A stretch of 64,000 nucleotides of DNA, from positions 114,700,001-114,764,000 of the forward strand of contig NW_026262581.1 of the NCBI RefSeq assembly GCF_021869535.1, read 5' to 3'. Below are positions 59,752 to 64,000 of this stretch, one piece after another. Position 1 is the stretch's first letter, and every line of letters begins with the position of its first letter. The position numbers were made by a program, and so were the translations under genes. A model generated the notes under the pieces. It did not search any database and was not told the origin of the DNA. It saw only the letters and a list, made by a program, of their open reading frames with translations. This stretch comes from Mytilus californianus (Eukaryota).

Positions 59752-60540
59752 ACTCTGCAAAAAAAAAACAAACAAAAAAAACACGTATAACGTTTACTAT
59801 TTTTTCTTCTTCCAATTTTGTTCTGTGTACTTCAATTCGAATTTTACAGAAATTCGTTGATATATTAAATTAGATTAAGCTTGGGCTTAAAGCTTAATAA
59901 TACACGAATGGCACACAGGGTTCTTAACAAAATTGGGTCAATTTCCAGTTACGTTATAAAGTCAGTATATATTGTCACCACTATGCGCCACTAAAACTGT
60001 TCTTCATCTCCGTAACATGGACCAAATTAGATTTTGTATTCCGACCAGTGGTATCAATTGCCATTCATTTTGAAACGGTCCAATGATTGAGTTTGAGTTC
60101 GCGGACGCGTCTATTGAAGGCCTTGACAATACATTAATGATGTTCTAAGTTAGTTGATTTATGGTAACTCTTGCTGTATGGGACCAGAAAATTGTTCTGC
60201 TGAAACATCTCCCTCTTGCGGTCAATAACATTTAGCATATGTGACTGCACAATATCGTTTCTATAACGTTGAGCTGTTCAATTTACTTGGACACGCACTA
60301 GGTTTGTTCTGCTGTGAAGGCTATTTCTTGTCACATTATGACGTTCCACCGCCAAATCTGCCAACTTCTTGTACGCTGGTATGAACGAAACACTTATGTA
60401 GACGCTTGTAAACGCAGGTTCGTCCATCACATCTTTGGAGATAAAAACGTGACTCATCTCCGAACTAGACCATCACTGTATGACATAACGAAGACTTGCA
60501 CGTCTGTGTAACTGGGTAGAAACTGGTTAAACATAAGGCT
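59752..60540 (-). mobile_element. Tc1/mariner transposase relic in an intron
   Basis: Across frameshifts the minus strand reads FGDESRF..DGRTCVYKR..EVGRFGGG; RTNLVRVQVN*TAQRYRNDI..MFQQNN; and QNEWQLIP..IQNLIWSMLRR*RTVLVAHSGDNIY* (stop at 59962), all typical of the Tc1 DDE domain and C-terminus. TIR-like TACTCTGCAAAAAAA near 59752. Not in the ORF track. Confidence 0.8.
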
Positions 60541-60991
60541 GTGTTAAGTAGCTCCAAGACTAACTAAGAATATCATTAATGTATCGTCAAGGCCATCAAA
60601 TTTCTCTTTTTGTATATATATTTATGCATATTTGTTTCACTGATCCAAATGAACATTTCACACAAAATAAAGTAGTGAAGTGGTTAGTCTAAAATATTGA
60701 TGCTATGGGGAAGTTTCATATTATCTTTTTTTCAGTTGAGGGGTTCAAAAGGATTATTTTTCACAGTTGTTCCAAAAGTCGTCCAACATGGTGTAGCGAC
60801 TCTGCATTGTAGGATTTTATATAGCATATTTACTTACTAATTTCATGTCCTGATTATTTGAAATATTGTATATACGACCTTGACGTGTCAGCAGACGTAA
60901 ATTTCAAGAATTATAAAAAAAAATTATAAAAAAATAGAATTATAAATAAAAATAGACATTATATAAAAATGTGTTTGATTCAAACACATAC

Positions 60992-61288
60992 TCAATTCCT
61001 CTTCACAACGCAGTCCCCCATACGTTTTTCCTGTCGGAATCGCCACACACTGACAAATATAGCCAGGAGAATTTCCCATGTTTGAACAAGTTCCTCCGTG
61101 TAAACATGGACTACTATTGCAATGGTCAGTATCTAAAGTCGCTCTTGTTTCACAATGTGTACCAGTATACTGTATCATTCCATCCTGAGATACTGTACAA
61201 ACACATTTATGTCCAGTTGTTGTTGCAAAACACGTGCCTCCATTTAAACAAGGTTTGGTGTCACAGCCGTTCAGCAAGTTTTCAAAAG
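60992..61288 (-). CDS. EGF plus CBM14 protein, internal exon with two EGF-like domains (5' exons not located)
   Basis: Acceptor CTTTTTTACAAG|C and donor A|GTATGT; 297 nt, phase 1-1. CDTKPCLNGGTC..KCVC..YTGTHC and CNSSPCLHGGTC..YICQC..YGGLRC. Splices in frame to 59542. Confidence 0.87.
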
Positions 61289-64000
61289 CTTGTAAAAAAG
61301 GAAAGAAGCACATGAGATATGCAATAAATGTTAATAAAGTTAGCATTTCAGGAGATGATTTGGAAAAAAAACCATACAAACCAGGAAATAGGCGATGCGT
61401 ATATTTGCGACGAAAGGTCATGGAAATAAAACAATAATTACAAATGTACAGATTTTCCAGGTAGTTATGATATATATATATATCAAATAGTGTCGTTCGG
61501 AGTTCATGTAAGTTAGGAATCTGTCTATAACTGCCCGCTCACAGTACAAAACAAATTGCATATCATTTTTTTTCTGTTTTGATAACATATGCATATAAAA
61601 AAATATAAGTCTCATTCCAAAGTTGGTTGGATGTTTAATATGCAAAATTAGAGAGAAAAAATAATATTTCGCGTCAGTGTTCTGGAAATCAATTACTGAA
61701 AATCCAACAATTTCATATTTCGAGAAAGTTAAGAAACCCCAAAGCAATACCAAATTCAGTAAATGAAAACGTACAAATCCTGATAATAACCTTGTAATCT
61801 AATAAAATTTACCTCTTTTTTCATACCATTGATTTGTTATATCATGCCAATTACTAAAGCTACTAGGAAAATATATTCTATATAACGAAAAGAAACAGTA
61901 CGATGTAATATATAAATATAATTTATAGAAAGAAGTCGTAAGGAAATAGAGCTCGTGGCTCTTAGAACAAGATGTGTGACATGACAACATAAATATCAGA
62001 AGGCAAATTGTTCAGGAAAAAAGTAAAATAACAAAAGTACCGAACTGCAAGGAAAATTTAAAACGGAAAGTCCTTTATCAAATGGCAGAATCAAAAACTC
62101 AAACACATCAAACGAATGGAAAACAACTGTCATATTCCTGACTTGGTACAGGCATTCCCTTATGTAGAAAATGTCAGCCCTGATTTAGACAATGAAGAAA
62201 CCACGCGATGAAAATTGGACGGATAACAAATCCGACTCTGAGTCTCATATATTTAACAATTATATCAAGAAAAATAAACAATGTCACAACATATACATGA
62301 TATAGACAAAATACATAAGTCTCGTTTATCATTGAAAATCAAAAAATGTAAACAAAAAATAACCAAGTCTTAAATTCCAAAATAAAACAAATCTTCATGA
62401 TTAAAAAGTGAACTAATATCAAATCGAAATTAATCGTCGATCAGAAGAGGAAAATATGTTCATCAACCGAAAAGAAAACCAGCTAGAAGCTTTGTGTGAG
62501 ATGTTTAAGACAGAATACCACCAGAATTATTAATGCGTTATACGACCACCATATTGATTATACCCTCATTTAAACCTAAAAAGTTCACAAAATTACCAGA
62601 ATGACGAAATATACAAAGAATTCATAAAATACCTAACAAAACAACAGAACCGCACATAATACATACCCGATCATTCCGGTGTGTCAATACACGAGTACAC
62701 GATAAATATTCTGGTAGATTTAACAGAACTCGCATGAATGTTCTGTGAAGTCAGATAAAAATATAAGTATTTGGGCATGATTTTCCGATGGTCAGAAAAA
62801 CAAATAACATATTTGGGCATGATTGTTTGATGAAATCAGATACACATATGACTTACTTGGGCATAACTGACAATTGAAACCACATAATAGTGATAATAAA
62901 TTCTTTATTTAAAGAGGGTTACTCAATTAGAACTAGTTTAATTTTCAATGAGGCCCTCAAACAAAATACATGTATACAGCTAACATTCAAACATCAAAAT
63001 ACAACATATAAATGATGCCATCAAACAAAATACATGTATACAGCTAACATTCATACATATAAATTATTTGAACATGAATGTCCAATGAAATCAGATACAC
63101 GTATGAGTCATGAGAGATGCATACAGGTAACAAAAACATCAAGTTTGTGGTTAAATGATAATACTTACATAATTCACAGAATTGTCCAGTGAAGCCAGAA
63201 TAACATGTACATGAAAATCCAGTGGTACTAGCATGACATGTTCCTCCGTTTCTACATGGGAGATCAGCGCAAACTTTTGATACTGAAAGAGAACACCATC
63301 AACATTTTGTAGTATAAAGTCCTTCTTTTATTCTATTCATTCTGGTCTTCATTTCTTTTGTTTTTATGGTATTTTAACAGGAGTTAGGCATGTTTCAAAG
63401 TTCAAAGCACATCTTGCCTAAATTTTGTTCTGCCTACATACTTTCACTTTATATATATCATAGTATTCAAAACATGTATCGATAAACAGTTGACACAGAA
63501 ATATTTCTCGGCTGCGTTTAAATTTTATTGTATGATACAAATTTTGAAATTTAAATGGAAACCACTTGTGACTGCCTGTACACTTATTAAAATGAAAGGA
63601 GTGACATCCAGTCTCCCTGAAAATGGGATCTGTCAAGGCTTATACAACTACATACCAAATGTCATTGACTTATCATATAAAGTGGTTCTCCTTAAACAGG
63701 GGACATAATTACATTTTTAGACATGCACAGTATGCAAAAGTTTTAAAGTTAATAAGATAAGATAAGAAAACTTTATTTTGATTCGGCATAAGTTAAAAGA
63801 CACAACACAAGCTCTAAGGAGCTTTTGACCGAATATAAAAACATATACATAACATAAAAACAGTCTAATTTGACATATAAAACAACCTGTTATACGAAGT
63901 TAAATCTCACTTACATAGCATGCAATAAAAATTTAGCAACAAATTTAAAATGAAATAAAACATGCTAGACCAGAGCAAACAAAAGCAACATAAATAATAA

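Noticed and set aside
61418-61753. Signal-peptide exon of the EGF/CBM14 gene (LVLLWGFLTF...)
   Set aside because: No in-frame ATG (TTG start with an upstream TAG) and no convincing phase-1 donor; the true 5' end is left unassigned.

Overview
AT-rich eukaryotic genomic DNA. The repeat families and gene content point to a mytilid mussel (Mytilus-like bivalve); this is an inference. Five protein-coding genes are supported. (1) A BTB-BACK-PHR gene (BTBD1/2/3/6 family) on the minus strand, with coding exons 18048-18301 and 8867-9968 giving 451 aa. (2) An intronless alanine aminotransferase (GPT, +, 33859-35340) that appears head-to-head with a candidate 5' exon of the BTB gene. (3) A short intronless CDC25 phosphatase (-, 45328 to 46197 or 46320), with a decayed inverted partial copy about 1 kb downstream. 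(4) A single-exon Toll-like receptor (+, 51393-53921) whose TIR BB-loop has Ala instead of Pro. (5) The last three exons of a 2xEGF plus chitin-binding (CBM14) gene (-, 58286-61288). The rest is a dense set of mobile DNA: a frameshifted CR1/L2-group LINE with two PHD-like fingers in ORF1, Naiad-type Penelope-like fragments, a Tc1 relic, many Helentron-associated (pearl/MgE-like) elements with internal tandem repeats, a 3.9 kb foldback element, MITEs, SINE relics and minisatellites. The clearest feature outside the ORF track is a tandem array of four type I hammerhead ribozyme motifs (a retrozyme array, 49430-50546) about 850 bp upstream of the TLR. Every copy is damaged at a different position. 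All coordinates and counts are by hand; TE boundaries are approximate.
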